Of a stretch of 64,000 bases of DNA, positions 50,855 to 60,485 are shown one piece after another. A program made the translations under genes and the position numbers. Positions within the stretch are counted from its first letter, which is position 1. Each line of letters begins with the position of its first letter. Source of the stretch: Chloroflexota bacterium (GTDB taxonomy: Bacteria; Chloroflexota; UBA11872; VXOZ01). The notes beneath the pieces were generated by a model. That model made no database searches. It was not told the DNA's origin and was given only the letters and a program-made list of their open reading frames with translations. The stretch lies in contig OZ244922.1 in the NCBI GenBank assembly GCA_965221905.1, positions 3,424,001-3,488,000 on the forward strand, read 5' to 3'.

Positions 50855-52160
50855 CCTGGCAATCCGCGACTTCGTAGAGCAGGTTAAGCCGCCGTTAAAC
50901 CCACAGAGAACTGCTGTCTCATTGTTCTCGGGCGCTGGTTTGAGCGACCTTGGCTACGAGATTGCTGGTTTCCAGTTCCTCGTCCAAGTCGAGGTAGAGG
51001 AGAGACGGGCCGCCATTGGATCCGACAACTTCCCCGCGTCAACGTGGATCGCTCAGGACGTACGCACGAGCAGAAACCAGATTGTCGCGGCCTACCGCGC
51101 AGCCACGTCACGGCGACTCGACTTGCTGGTGGCGACGCCCCCGTGTCAGGGAATGAGCAGCTCTAATCCCAGCAGAGGTAAGCGTCAAACTCCAAGAGCA
51201 AGAGCGCAAGAGGAGAAGAACCGCCTCCTACTGGAGGTAGTTCCACTGGCTCAGTCACTGAATCCCCGACTAATTGTCATTGAGAACGTACGTCAGATCT
51301 TAACCCTTGAAGTAGAGTACGAAGGAATAAGAAGCCAGCTCATTGATCTGCTCCACGCCGGACTCCCAGACTATCAAGTGTTTTCCGGAGTGGTGAACGT
51401 GGCCGACTTTGGAATTCCTCAGATCAGAAGACGTGCTTTGATCGTTGCAATACACAGGGACGAGTTGTGGCTTGATGCAGCGCCCTTGCCGGCCAGCAAG
51501 CCGTGGCCACACCCGACTCATTCCGAACGATCAACCAATGGTGAGCGGCCGTGGGTGGGCATACGTGAGTGGCTAGAGGCAATGGAGTACGAACCCTTGG
51601 ACGCAAGCTCCAAGGAATCTGCGCGTGGGATGCACGCATTACACTTCGTACCGACGTACGGGCCGGACCGATACCTGCAGATCAGCGATATCCCTCCGTA
51701 CTCTGGACGCAGCGCTTACCAAAACGACACCTGTCCATCGTGCGGCCATCAGCAGGTGCAGGAGGGCACAATCACTTGCCCATCCTGCCACCGCTTGATG
51801 CGCAACAGGCCGTATGTTGAAAGGAATGGTCGAACGTCCTTGATTAGGGGCTTCCACTCTAGCTACCGACGAATAAGCGCAGATCGACCTGCATACACCA
51901 TAACCACTAATTCAAGCCATGTCGGTAGCGACTTCAAGATTCATCCTTGGGAGAATAGGGTTCTTAGCATATTGGAGTGCGCTGACCTGCAGACAGTTCC
52001 TAGATTCTACGACTGGACGCGTGCAGAGAAGAATCATACGCTCTACCTTGTCCGCAACTTAATCGGCGAGGCCTTCCCTACCTACTTCACCTACCTCCAC
52101 GGTCGGGTCCTAAGTGATCTCTTGGCGCAAGTGGGTAAAGCACGACAGACTTCCCTATAG
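50847..52160 (+). CDS. DNA (cytosine-5)-methyltransferase
   Basis: SLFSGAG, PPCQG, ENV, PQIRRR; two CPSC motifs in the variable region. Confidence 0.92.
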   Translation: MSNLAIRDFVEQVKPPLNPQRTAVSLFSGAGLSDLGYEIAGFQFLVQVEVEERRAAIGSDNFPASTWIAQDVRTSRNQIVAAYRAATSRRLDLLVATPPCQGMSSSNPSRGKRQTPRARAQEEKNRLLLEVVPLAQSLNPRLIVIENVRQILTLEVEYEGIRSQLIDLLHAGLPDYQVFSGVVNVADFGIPQIRRRALIVAIHRDELWLDAAPLPASKPWPHPTHSERSTNGERPWVGIREWLEAMEYEPLDASSKESARGMHALHFVPTYGPDRYLQISDIPPYSGRSAYQNDTCPSCGHQQVQEGTITCPSCHRLMRNRPYVERNGRTSLIRGFHSSYRRISADRPAYTITTNSSHVGSDFKIHPWENRVLSILECADLQTVPRFYDWTRAEKNHTLYLVRNLIGEAFPTYFTYLHGRVLSDLLAQVGKARQTSL

Positions 52161-52228
52161 AACGACAAATCGTCCTAGCAGCGTTTTCACTTTCCCACCT
52201 CTTTCCCGCTCCGCGCCACTGGCGGCAA

Positions 52229-53476
52229 TCAGCCCAGGGCAGCCGCATGGGACTCTTGCAGAACCTCGTCGTAAATCTCCAACACGCGGTCAGCTTGTTG
52301 TTGTAGGGTGAAGCGTTCTCGCACCCTTGCTTGGCCGGCGGCGCCGAAGGCGTGGCGGCGGGATGGGTCTCTCAGCAGGTCGGTGATGGCTTGGGCGAGG
52401 GCGCGCGTGTCGAGGGGGTTTATGACGAGCCCGGTCTCGCCGTCCGCAACGATCTCGGACGCCGCGCCAAAAGCGCTGCCGATCACCGGCTTGCCGCAGG
52501 CCATGCCCTCGATGAGGGTGAGATTGAACGGATCGGGGTAGGTGGACGGCGCCACCACGAGGTCGCTGGCGAAGTAGGCCAGTTTCACCGCAGGCGGGGT
52601 CAGCCAGCCGAGAAAGCGCACCCGCTCCGCGATACCAAGCTGGGCAGCTTGCTGGGCGAGCTTCTCCTGGTAAGCGGGATTGTGGCCTAATAGCACGGCA
52701 GTCGCGTCGCCCGGCACGTGCGCCATGGCATCCACCAGTCGGCCGGCGCCCTTGCTCCCGCTCAGCCGCGCCGCCAGCAGCACGATAGGCCGATCTCCCA
52801 GTCCGTGCTCTTCGCGAAACGCCGCCACCGCTGCCGGGTCCGGCGGCGCGTACTCATCGGGATCTACGCCGTTATGCACGGGGGTAACGCCGGGATAGCC
52901 GTTGTGCGCCAGCGCCGTCGCCAGCGCCTGACTGATGCCGACGATGCGGGTCACGTGTTCCTGCACCACACCCCGAATACCGCGATTGCGCAGCGGATTG
53001 TAGCGCGTGCGCTGGCAGGGAACGCAGTCGAACGGCTTGTGCGTATACGCCACCTCACCGTCCGCGCAGATGAATTTGGTGCAGCAAAAGAGAAAGTAGT
53101 CGTGGGCGTGGAGAATAACCGGCCGACCGCCTTGAGCGGCGAGTTTCAGGCTCTCGAATGAGAGGTGCGTGTGCACGTTGTGGGCATGCACCACGTCCGC
53201 CGCAATGCCGGGCAAGACCTCGCGTATTTTACCCAGCGTGAATGGGTTGGCGGGCGTGAGGAAGTTGCGAAAGCGCTCCGGATAGCGCGAATAGAGCCGG
53301 TGCACCGCTAGGCCGTCTTCCTCGCTCAGGCCCTCGCGGGCGCGCTCCGCCGTGGTCGTTACCACCGTGACGCTGTGCCCCATGCGGACATGCTGCCGCG
53401 CCAGCCGCCACGCGACCACGTCTGCGCCGCCTGCGCTCTCGGGAGGAAATGTATCGGAAAGTACGAGTATGTTCAT
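52229..53476 (-). CDS. glycosyltransferase family 4
   Basis: FPPESAGGA, VHAHN, NGVD, KG, DPFNLTLIEGMACGKPV. Confidence 0.92.
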   Translation of the reverse strand: MNILVLSDTFPPESAGGADVVAWRLARQHVRMGHSVTVVTTTAERAREGLSEEDGLAVHRLYSRYPERFRNFLTPANPFTLGKIREVLPGIAADVVHAHNVHTHLSFESLKLAAQGGRPVILHAHDYFLFCCTKFICADGEVAYTHKPFDCVPCQRTRYNPLRNRGIRGVVQEHVTRIVGISQALATALAHNGYPGVTPVHNGVDPDEYAPPDPAAVAAFREEHGLGDRPIVLLAARLSGSKGAGRLVDAMAHVPGDATAVLLGHNPAYQEKLAQQAAQLGIAERVRFLGWLTPPAVKLAYFASDLVVAPSTYPDPFNLTLIEGMACGKPVIGSAFGAASEIVADGETGLVINPLDTRALAQAITDLLRDPSRRHAFGAAGQARVRERFTLQQQADRVLEIYDEVLQESHAAALG

Positions 53477-53964
53477 GGCTTGACGGTAAGGGACTGACGC
53501 AAGCACCGGCGCGCTTCAACGAGTACCGGACCGGACAAAGGCTTCATATCATGATGGTAGCACAGCATGTGTTAGTACCTATTCGGTCTTGCTTCTTTAT
53601 CTAATGACTTCCTTTCCAACTGATGCATTCTGTCGCGGAGAAGAGCACGTGCACTTGGCCCGTTCTCTTCTGGCTAGTAGGTGCTGATGGGAAATCACCA
53701 TTGGTAGAATGACTACCAAGTTCTTTGCCAGCCGTTCATGCTTCGACAAGCTCAGCACGAACGGTCGGCGTTGCAGCGTATTCAAGGTACGCATTGCGGC
53801 ACATTTAAGGTTAGCGTTGCAGCATGTTCAAGGTAACCGTTGAAGCTCGCGCCTGCCGTCCGACGAAAGACCGCGTGTGCTAAATGTGTTACCAGAGTCC
53901 CGAATTCTGGCAGTATGGTGAGAGGAAGTACCCCACGTAGAGCAGCCGAGCCGTGAGGAATACC

Positions 53965-54585
53965 ATGAGCGCTGCGCAACCGAGAATTTCCGATGCCGCC
54001 GTGCGGAAAGCGACCGGCAAGGACTGGGATGAGTGGTTTGCGGTGCTGGATAGCGAAGGGGCGGACGCGCTCCCGCACAAGCAGATCGCGCGTCTGCTCA
54101 ACGACAAGGGCTACATCGCGAGCAGTTGGTGGTGCCAAACGGTGACCGTGGCATACGAATATGCCCGCGGCAAGCGCGTTGTCGGTCGAACAGAGAGCGC
54201 CGGTTTCGAAATCGGTGTGCAGAAGACCTTGCCGCTCACGCCGGCACAAGCCTGGGACCTACTCACGCAGCCGGAGGGCCTTGCGCTGTGGCTCGGTACC
54301 GTCCCGTGCCTGCGCTGGGAAAAGGGCGCGGCCTTTGCAACGGCGGAGGGCACACGCGGTGAGATTCGCAGCTTCACCCCTGGTAAGCACCTACGCTTGA
54401 CTTGGCAGCCCCCGCACTTCGCGACTCCTTCAACCCTACAAGTGTCTCTGACCCCCGGCGGGAAGAAGACCGCCCTGCGCTTTCATCAGGAGAACCTTCC
54501 CAGCGCCGAGGCGCGCGAGCAGATGCGTGCGCATTGGCGGGACGTATTTCAGAAACTAGCGGAGCTTGCTAAAGGCATGGTGTGA
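53965..54585 (+). CDS. SRPBCC/AHSA1-like domain protein
   Basis: DAAVRKATGKDWDEW N-terminal domain; LRLTW, LRFHQENLP..REQMRAHW. Confidence 0.75.
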   Translation: MSAAQPRISDAAVRKATGKDWDEWFAVLDSEGADALPHKQIARLLNDKGYIASSWWCQTVTVAYEYARGKRVVGRTESAGFEIGVQKTLPLTPAQAWDLLTQPEGLALWLGTVPCLRWEKGAAFATAEGTRGEIRSFTPGKHLRLTWQPPHFATPSTLQVSLTPGGKKTALRFHQENLPSAEAREQMRAHWRDVFQKLAELAKGMV

Positions 54586-54706
54586 GTGCGCGGCGGCGCG
54601 CCTGCCGCGCCGCCAGTCAGAACGAGAAGGGATCGGAACGGGGTGTCCCCAGGCTGCCAATCCCGCATTCTGCTTGGCGTACACAGTCCGCCATGTGCAA
54701 TGCGGC

Positions 54707-56656
54707 TCAGGCCGGATCGGAGACGGCGTCGGGCTGTTGTGCAACCCGAGGCTGATGGACGTGCGGCGGTAACTTGCTCGGCGCGGCCACGTAGCGGGCG
54801 GCGTTCACCACCACTGCGACAGAGCCGAGGTTGTGCGCCAGGGCGGCGGCAATCGGGCCCAGCACGCCGGTGGCCGCCAGCGCAATGCCGAGGAGGTTCC
54901 AGACCAGCGCAAAGAGCAGGTTTTGCTTGATGCCGCGCAGGGTCATCTGGCTAACCGCAATTGCCGTGGGCAGTTGGCCGATATCGCCTTGCATGAGGGC
55001 AATGTCGGCAGTTTCCGCCGCCACCGCCGTACCCGTTCCCCCCATGACGATGCCCAGATCGGCGGCCGCCAGCGCCGGCGCATCGTTCACGCCGTCGCCG
55101 GCCATGGCCACGCGTTTGCCTTCAGAGCGGGCGTTGCGAATCCAATCAACCTTGTCCTCGGGCAGCAGGCGCGCGTGCCATTCGTCAATACCCACCATAT
55201 CCGCCAAGCGTTTGGCCTCCTGTTGCCGGTCGCCGGTGAGCATCACAATCTGCCGGATGCCAAGTGCATGGAGGTGCTCCACAGCCTGCGCTGCTGCGGG
55301 CCGCACGGTATCCGCAAACTGCACCCAGCCGCAGAATTTTCCTTCCACTGCTACTAACAGCAGGCTGCCATCATGCGGTGCAGCCTCCTGCGGCGGTACA
55401 CCGGTCACGTCGTGCGCGTGGAGCAGTTCATGAGTACCGACCAGGACATGCTGTTGTGCGACGCGCGCGCCCACGCCCCGTCCTGGATAAGCGCGAAAGT
55501 CTGCCGCGGGCTGCAAGGAGAGCGCTTTTTCAGCCGCATGGCGCACGAGCGCCTTGCCGAGTGGGTGTTCGGAGAAGCGTTCCACTGCCGCCGCGACAGA
55601 TAGCAGCTTTTCAGATGTCATGCCGTCAACCGGTATCACCTGCTGCACCACGGGCGTGCCGAGGGTGAGGGTGCCGGTTTTGTCAACCGCGATGGTGTCC
55701 ACGGCGCCGGCGGCCTCGAAGCGCGCGCCGCCCTTGACGAGAATCCCCTGCCGCGCCGCGTTGGCTACCCCGGCAACGATAGCGGTTGGTGCCGCCAGCA
55801 CCAGCGCGCACGGACAGGCAATGATCAATACCGCCAGCGCCGCGCTCAAATCGCCGGATAGCAGCCACGTAGCGCCGGAGACAATGAGGATTGCCGGCGT
55901 GAAGTACTTGGCGTAGCGGTCCGCCACGCGCACAATCGGCGCGCGTTCCTCTTCCAGCGTATCCAACAGACGGCTAATCTGGCCCACGTAGGCGTGCTCA
56001 CCCACGGCCTCCGTGCGGATCGTGAGCGCGCCTTCTTGATTGAGCGTGCCCGCATACACCTGTTGTCCGGGCCCCTTGTGCACGGGGAGCGACTCGCCGG
56101 TGACCAGCGTTTCGTCCACTGCGCTCATGCCCGAAATCACCACGCCGTCCACCGGCAGCCGCTCGCCCGGTTTCGTCACCACGGTCTCACCGGGGCTAAG
56201 GTCGTCCACGTCAACCTCTTGCATTTCGTCGCCCACCATACGGTGGGCGCGGTCGGGCTGGAGTTCCGCCAGATGTTCGAGCGCGGCGGTCGCCCGCTGG
56301 CTGGTTGCCTCTTCGAGCAGTTGGCCGAAGATCATCATGAAGACGACGAGACCGGCGGAGAGGTACTCACCGGCGAGCACCGAGGCGATCACGGCAATGC
56401 TCACGAGCTCGTCCACGTTCACCTGCCGCTGCCGCAAGCCCTGCAGCGCGCCCCACACGATGCCAAGCCCACCAATGCCGACTGCCGCCAGGGCGAGACC
56501 CTCGGCAAGGTACGGCACGTCAACACCCGCCAGCGAAACCAGCCACGCCACGATGATCAAGACACCCGTGGCGGCCACAGTGCGAAAATGCGATGACCGC
56601 ACCAAGGGCCGATACGTCTGCCAGAGACTGGGGAAAGACATTGGCAACTTTCTCAT
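54707..56656 (-). CDS. heavy-metal translocating P1B-type ATPase
   Basis: TGES, CPC, DKTGT, SEHP, MLTGD, GDGVNDAPALA. Confidence 0.95.
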   Translation of the reverse strand: MRKLPMSFPSLWQTYRPLVRSSHFRTVAATGVLIIVAWLVSLAGVDVPYLAEGLALAAVGIGGLGIVWGALQGLRQRQVNVDELVSIAVIASVLAGEYLSAGLVVFMMIFGQLLEEATSQRATAALEHLAELQPDRAHRMVGDEMQEVDVDDLSPGETVVTKPGERLPVDGVVISGMSAVDETLVTGESLPVHKGPGQQVYAGTLNQEGALTIRTEAVGEHAYVGQISRLLDTLEEERAPIVRVADRYAKYFTPAILIVSGATWLLSGDLSAALAVLIIACPCALVLAAPTAIVAGVANAARQGILVKGGARFEAAGAVDTIAVDKTGTLTLGTPVVQQVIPVDGMTSEKLLSVAAAVERFSEHPLGKALVRHAAEKALSLQPAADFRAYPGRGVGARVAQQHVLVGTHELLHAHDVTGVPPQEAAPHDGSLLLVAVEGKFCGWVQFADTVRPAAAQAVEHLHALGIRQIVMLTGDRQQEAKRLADMVGIDEWHARLLPEDKVDWIRNARSEGKRVAMAGDGVNDAPALAAADLGIVMGGTGTAVAAETADIALMQGDIGQLPTAIAVSQMTLRGIKQNLLFALVWNLLGIALAATGVLGPIAAALAHNLGSVAVVVNAARYVAAPSKLPPHVHQPRVAQQPDAVSDPA

Positions 56657-57123
56657 GCTTTATTCAGCGCATCCATTAGAGATGTGCCGCACTTCACACG
56701 CTTTATTTGTCTCTCCTGGCTGCGAAAACGAACGCGACTACTCTTTAATCGCTTTTGCTCGGCGCGGTGAATTCTTCGCCGATAGGCGACAACTGGACGA
56801 AACCGAGTCCGCGCTGCGGAGGGCAAGATGTGATCAGCCACTCGCGCTCCCGATTGGAGTTGCTCAACGACTTCACTGGCTTTAAACTTTCCGCCCTTCA
56901 GTTCCAACGGCGCTACCCAAACTGCATCGTCCTTATCTCCAATGAAGATATAGTCGCACTTCTTTTCTTCCTCGCTTAGTGTTGGCGCCTTCTTGTGGTC
57001 CATGTCCACTAAGATAAATAGGTCTGGAAGATCATCCAACGTCAATGAGCAGTTTTTCTTTCTGCACCTTTGAGCGAGGCAATCTCCATTGACTTTCTGC
57101 AATACCTGGCTAACGAGACTCAT
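56653..57123 (-). CDS. hypothetical protein with PD-(D/E)xK-like motifs
   Basis: KCDYIFI..PLELKGG..EQL; ATGA overlap with the upstream ATPase. Confidence 0.55.
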   Translation of the reverse strand: MSLVSQVLQKVNGDCLAQRCRKKNCSLTLDDLPDLFILVDMDHKKAPTLSEEEKKCDYIFIGDKDDAVWVAPLELKGGKFKASEVVEQLQSGARVADHILPSAARTRFRPVVAYRRRIHRAEQKRLKSSRVRFRSQERQIKRVKCGTSLMDALNKA

Positions 57124-58742
57124 TTTCTGGGTTTGTTATCTTGAATTCGACTGTCGACTTCAACCCACTTGTTATAGAGCGCCTCGGTTACGTCGTCGTA
57201 CCCCGCCGGGAAGGTACCCGCGTCTTTGTCCAGTTTAATCTCTTTGACAACCGTGCCTTTGGGCCGCTTTTTCGGTTCGAATAGCCATACGCCCACTTCA
57301 TCCGAGCTGAGGGCAACGTCTGCTCCCTTGAGGTCCTCTCGCTGCGCTTCCGGTAATTCGGACATACGCACGAGGTTAGCCAGTTCTTCCAGCACATAGT
57401 CGCTATGCGTTGTCAACATGACCCTGACGCCTGCGCGCACAGCCGCCACAAGCTGTCTGGTGAATGATGCCTGCATGCCCGGATGCAAGTGCGACTCTGG
57501 CTCCTCAATGATCAGCACATCACCCGGCTGCACAACGTGGCGCAGATATAGGACCACCGGTGCCAATTCCGAAACCATGGATGAGGCTTGCAACAGCGGA
57601 ATCTCCTCCTTGCGTCCTGCTGGCTGAAAAGTGAAGATCGGCAAGCCAGTAGCTGACTGTTTCTCACGCACCGAGCCGCCTAAGAGTTTCTTCTCGATTG
57701 CAATGTCAAGAATCCAGTCGCCGTTATGCGCTCTCCGCGCCGAATCCCCAAATGCAACGAGTTGCTGAAGAAAGTCTGCAAGCACGCCAGAGAGCGCAGG
57801 CAAGGATTTTTCCCGCTGGTAGAATGCGCGCGTCGACCTTTGAATCAAGGAGTCCACAACCACCCAGCGCGCGTGCATCAATCCAGTACGGCTAGCAGGA
57901 AGATAGTGCGCCACGCGATCCAGCGGACTAACGGTGTAAGGAGCGACAAAGTCAACTAGCTCGTTTCGCAGTGACTCCACGACTCGCGGCCGACTAGATT
58001 GCTGGTAACTCGATATGTTAATGCGTGAGCCGAGTTGTCGTATTTTCTCCCGATACCAGGGGTCCACGTCGTTGCTCTCAATTAGTAGAGGTGTCTTGTC
58101 AGGGATCGAAGCGGTGAGCACGGGCCCATCTCCATTTACAAAGAATCCATACGTAAACGGATCCGCTGCAGAATAGGTGCTAGAGACGTGTCGCTTCAGA
58201 ATCACGCTTGAACCAGTTCTGCTGCCGTGTCGAATTAGCCGCGACAAGTCTTCGCTGCCAAAGCAGCGTGCGATTTCCCATTCCAAGAGATTGGCCAACG
58301 TACTTACGTGCTCAAAGAGAGGCACGAAGAGTGCCGTGACACCACACGGTACAGACGCACGAAAGTCCTCTGGGAAACCTTCTTCTTGGGCGCGCGCGAG
58401 CATTTGGGTAACCCAGTCAATCAGAGTGTGACACTCTTCCTTGGACATCTCCTTGTTGTTCATCCGGGACCGGGCCTGAGACTGAACACGGCTTGACCAG
58501 GCACTGCTAAGGAGACGGGGATAGGAGCGGGGGCTTAGTGCCATGCTACTCAAATCCGGGTTAGTCGTATCGCCGCCAAAGAATCTATGCAGCGCGTAGA
58601 TCAGCATCGCCAGGTAGGACTTGCCCGTATTACTCGGGCCGACGAAGACGGTTAGCGGGCGCAAGTCGAGTTTGGCCTTGGCGATTGGGCCGAAGTCGGT
58701 CACCTCGATTTCGAGGGGTTTGTAGGTCGGCGCCGCTGACAT
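57120..58742 (-). CDS. ABC-type (AAA_15/AAA_21-like) ATPase
   Basis: DFGPI, GPSNTGKS, SSMVSEL, IIEEPESHLHP, TTHS. Confidence 0.88.
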   Translation of the reverse strand: MSAAPTYKPLEIEVTDFGPIAKAKLDLRPLTVFVGPSNTGKSYLAMLIYALHRFFGGDTTNPDLSSMALSPRSYPRLLSSAWSSRVQSQARSRMNNKEMSKEECHTLIDWVTQMLARAQEEGFPEDFRASVPCGVTALFVPLFEHVSTLANLLEWEIARCFGSEDLSRLIRHGSRTGSSVILKRHVSSTYSAADPFTYGFFVNGDGPVLTASIPDKTPLLIESNDVDPWYREKIRQLGSRINISSYQQSSRPRVVESLRNELVDFVAPYTVSPLDRVAHYLPASRTGLMHARWVVVDSLIQRSTRAFYQREKSLPALSGVLADFLQQLVAFGDSARRAHNGDWILDIAIEKKLLGGSVREKQSATGLPIFTFQPAGRKEEIPLLQASSMVSELAPVVLYLRHVVQPGDVLIIEEPESHLHPGMQASFTRQLVAAVRAGVRVMLTTHSDYVLEELANLVRMSELPEAQREDLKGADVALSSDEVGVWLFEPKKRPKGTVVKEIKLDKDAGTFPAGYDDVTEALYNKWVEVDSRIQDNKPRK

Positions 58743-58950
58743 GCTGAATCCTTATCCGCCATGCTCGATCAAGCGCGACACTGGAGCACACTCGATCTTC
58801 TTATCTAGTATATCAAGATAGCAAGTCTCAATCGCCTTGTAAGGAGTCCGGTCGGCGCGCGCACTGCCGCCAGACTGTCAAGTGAATACCTGCGCGATCA
58901 TCTCCATTCCCTGTCTCATGCAAAGGGCAAAGGGTATCCGGCCAGCACTT

Positions 58951-58979
58951 TTGACACGCGCGGCCAACATCGCTATACT
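58951..58979 (+). promoter_or_regulatory. sigma70-type promoter for pheST
   Basis: TTGACA-N17-TATACT. Confidence 0.8.
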
Positions 58980-59051
58980 GTTATTTCGCAAAGCGATATT
59001 GCCTATGCCCAAAAGGGCATCCCCGCAACGATACTTGGGACGAGGGGCATC

Positions 59052-59123
59052 ATGCATTCGTGGGTATGGCACTTTACAAGCCCGGAGGGCCGGGCCGCGT
59101 CTAGGCGTATCACGGAAACGTAG
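59052..59123 (+). CDS. candidate leader peptide MHSWVWHFTSPEGRAASRRITET
   Basis: GAGGGG RBS, ATG 59052, TAG 59121-59123, lying between promoter and terminator. Confidence 0.35.
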   Translation: MHSWVWHFTSPEGRAASRRITET

Positions 59124-59151
59124 CCTAGCAGGACACTCGCCCCTCTGGCAG

Positions 59152-59187
59152 AGCAGAAAGTGTTTACCCGCTTTCTGCTTTTTGTTT
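59152..59187 (+). terminator. intrinsic terminator or attenuator upstream of pheS
   Basis: agcagaaagtg-tttacc-cgctttctgct followed by a T-tract. Confidence 0.75.
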
Positions 59188-59209
59188 CTGAAGTGAAGGA
59201 CAGCAACCG

Positions 59210-60280
59210 ATGGCAGACGACACCACAGCACTGGACATACCGGCCCAGCTTGAAGCCCTGGAGCGCGAAGCGCAAGCGCAGCTTGGAGAATGCGCCGTAG
59301 AGGCAGAATTCACCGCTTGGCACACCACATACCTGGGCCGCAGCGGCAAAGTTACCCAGCTTCTGCGCGGTCTGGGCGGCCTGCCGAAAGAGGAGCGGCC
59401 CCGCATCGGGCAGTTGGCCAACACGGTCAAAGCACGCTTGGCGGAGGCGTTGGATGCGCAACAAGCACAACTCAGGCGCGGCCAGCAAGCCGATTCGCTC
59501 AAGGCGGAAGCCCTCGACGTCACGCTTCCCGGCGAGCCGGTTCGCATGGGACAGCTCCATCCGATAACGCAGACACTCAATGAGATTCTCGGCATATTCG
59601 AGAACATGGGCTTTCACGTAGTAGAAGGCCCGGAGGTGGAGTGGGACCGCTATAACTTCGCCATGCTCAACATTCCCGCCGACCACCCCGCGCGCGACAT
59701 GTGGGACACGTTTTATGTGGATGCGGAACCTGCGAGCAATCTGGGCTCAATGCTGTTGCGCACCCATACCTCGCCGGTGCAAATAAGGGTCATGGAGGAA
59801 ACACCCCCGCCGGTGCGCATTGTGGCACCGGGCAGAGTCTACCGCAATGAAGCCACCGACGCCAGCCACGAGGCTATCTTCTATCAGGTCGAAGGTCTCG
59901 CCGTGGATGATCAGATGAACATGGGCGACCTAAAGGGCGTGCTCACCGCATTTGCCCATGATCTCTTCGGCGGCAAAACGAGGGTGCGGTTCAACTGCTC
60001 CTACTTTCCCTTTGTCGAACCGGGCGCGGAAGTCTCCATTAGCTGTCACGTCTGCGGCGGTGACGGTTGCCGCGTGTGCAAGCACACCGGTTGGCTGGAG
60101 ATTCTTGGCTGCGGCATGGTGCATCCTAGCGTGCTCCAGGCCGTAAACTACGATCCGGCGCAGTATTCCGGCTTTGCTTTCGGCATGGGCGTAGAGCGTA
60201 TTGCTATGTTGAAGTACGGCATTGACGACATCCGCTACTTCTACAACAACGACATCCGATTCCTACAGCAGTTCCGCTGA
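59210..60280 (+). CDS. pheS: phenylalanine-tRNA ligase alpha subunit
   Basis: HPARDMWDTFY, LLRTHTSPVQ, FYQVEG, YFPFVEP, GFAFGMG. Confidence 0.98.
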   Translation: MADDTTALDIPAQLEALEREAQAQLGECAVEAEFTAWHTTYLGRSGKVTQLLRGLGGLPKEERPRIGQLANTVKARLAEALDAQQAQLRRGQQADSLKAEALDVTLPGEPVRMGQLHPITQTLNEILGIFENMGFHVVEGPEVEWDRYNFAMLNIPADHPARDMWDTFYVDAEPASNLGSMLLRTHTSPVQIRVMEETPPPVRIVAPGRVYRNEATDASHEAIFYQVEGLAVDDQMNMGDLKGVLTAFAHDLFGGKTRVRFNCSYFPFVEPGAEVSISCHVCGGDGCRVCKHTGWLEILGCGMVHPSVLQAVNYDPAQYSGFAFGMGVERIAMLKYGIDDIRYFYNNDIRFLQQFR

Positions 60281-60485
60281 GGTCATACAACAATTCCGTT
60301 GAGGTCGTACGATAGTTTGGCTGACCGCTGAGGGCATCGCTCCCACTGCCGTGCCAAGCAGAATGGCGGTCGTAGTAAGAACAAGGGTGCCATTACCAAG
60401 CATCTTGAGCATGAAAGGCGCCTAACAGTATTCGTGGAGAGAGGAGCCCGTTGGTGCGGGCGCTCCGCGGGAGGTTATCGATCGA

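Noticed and set aside
58986-59187. T-box riboswitch or SRP RNA
   Set aside because: No GGGTGGNACCGCG T-box and no SRP domain IV motif
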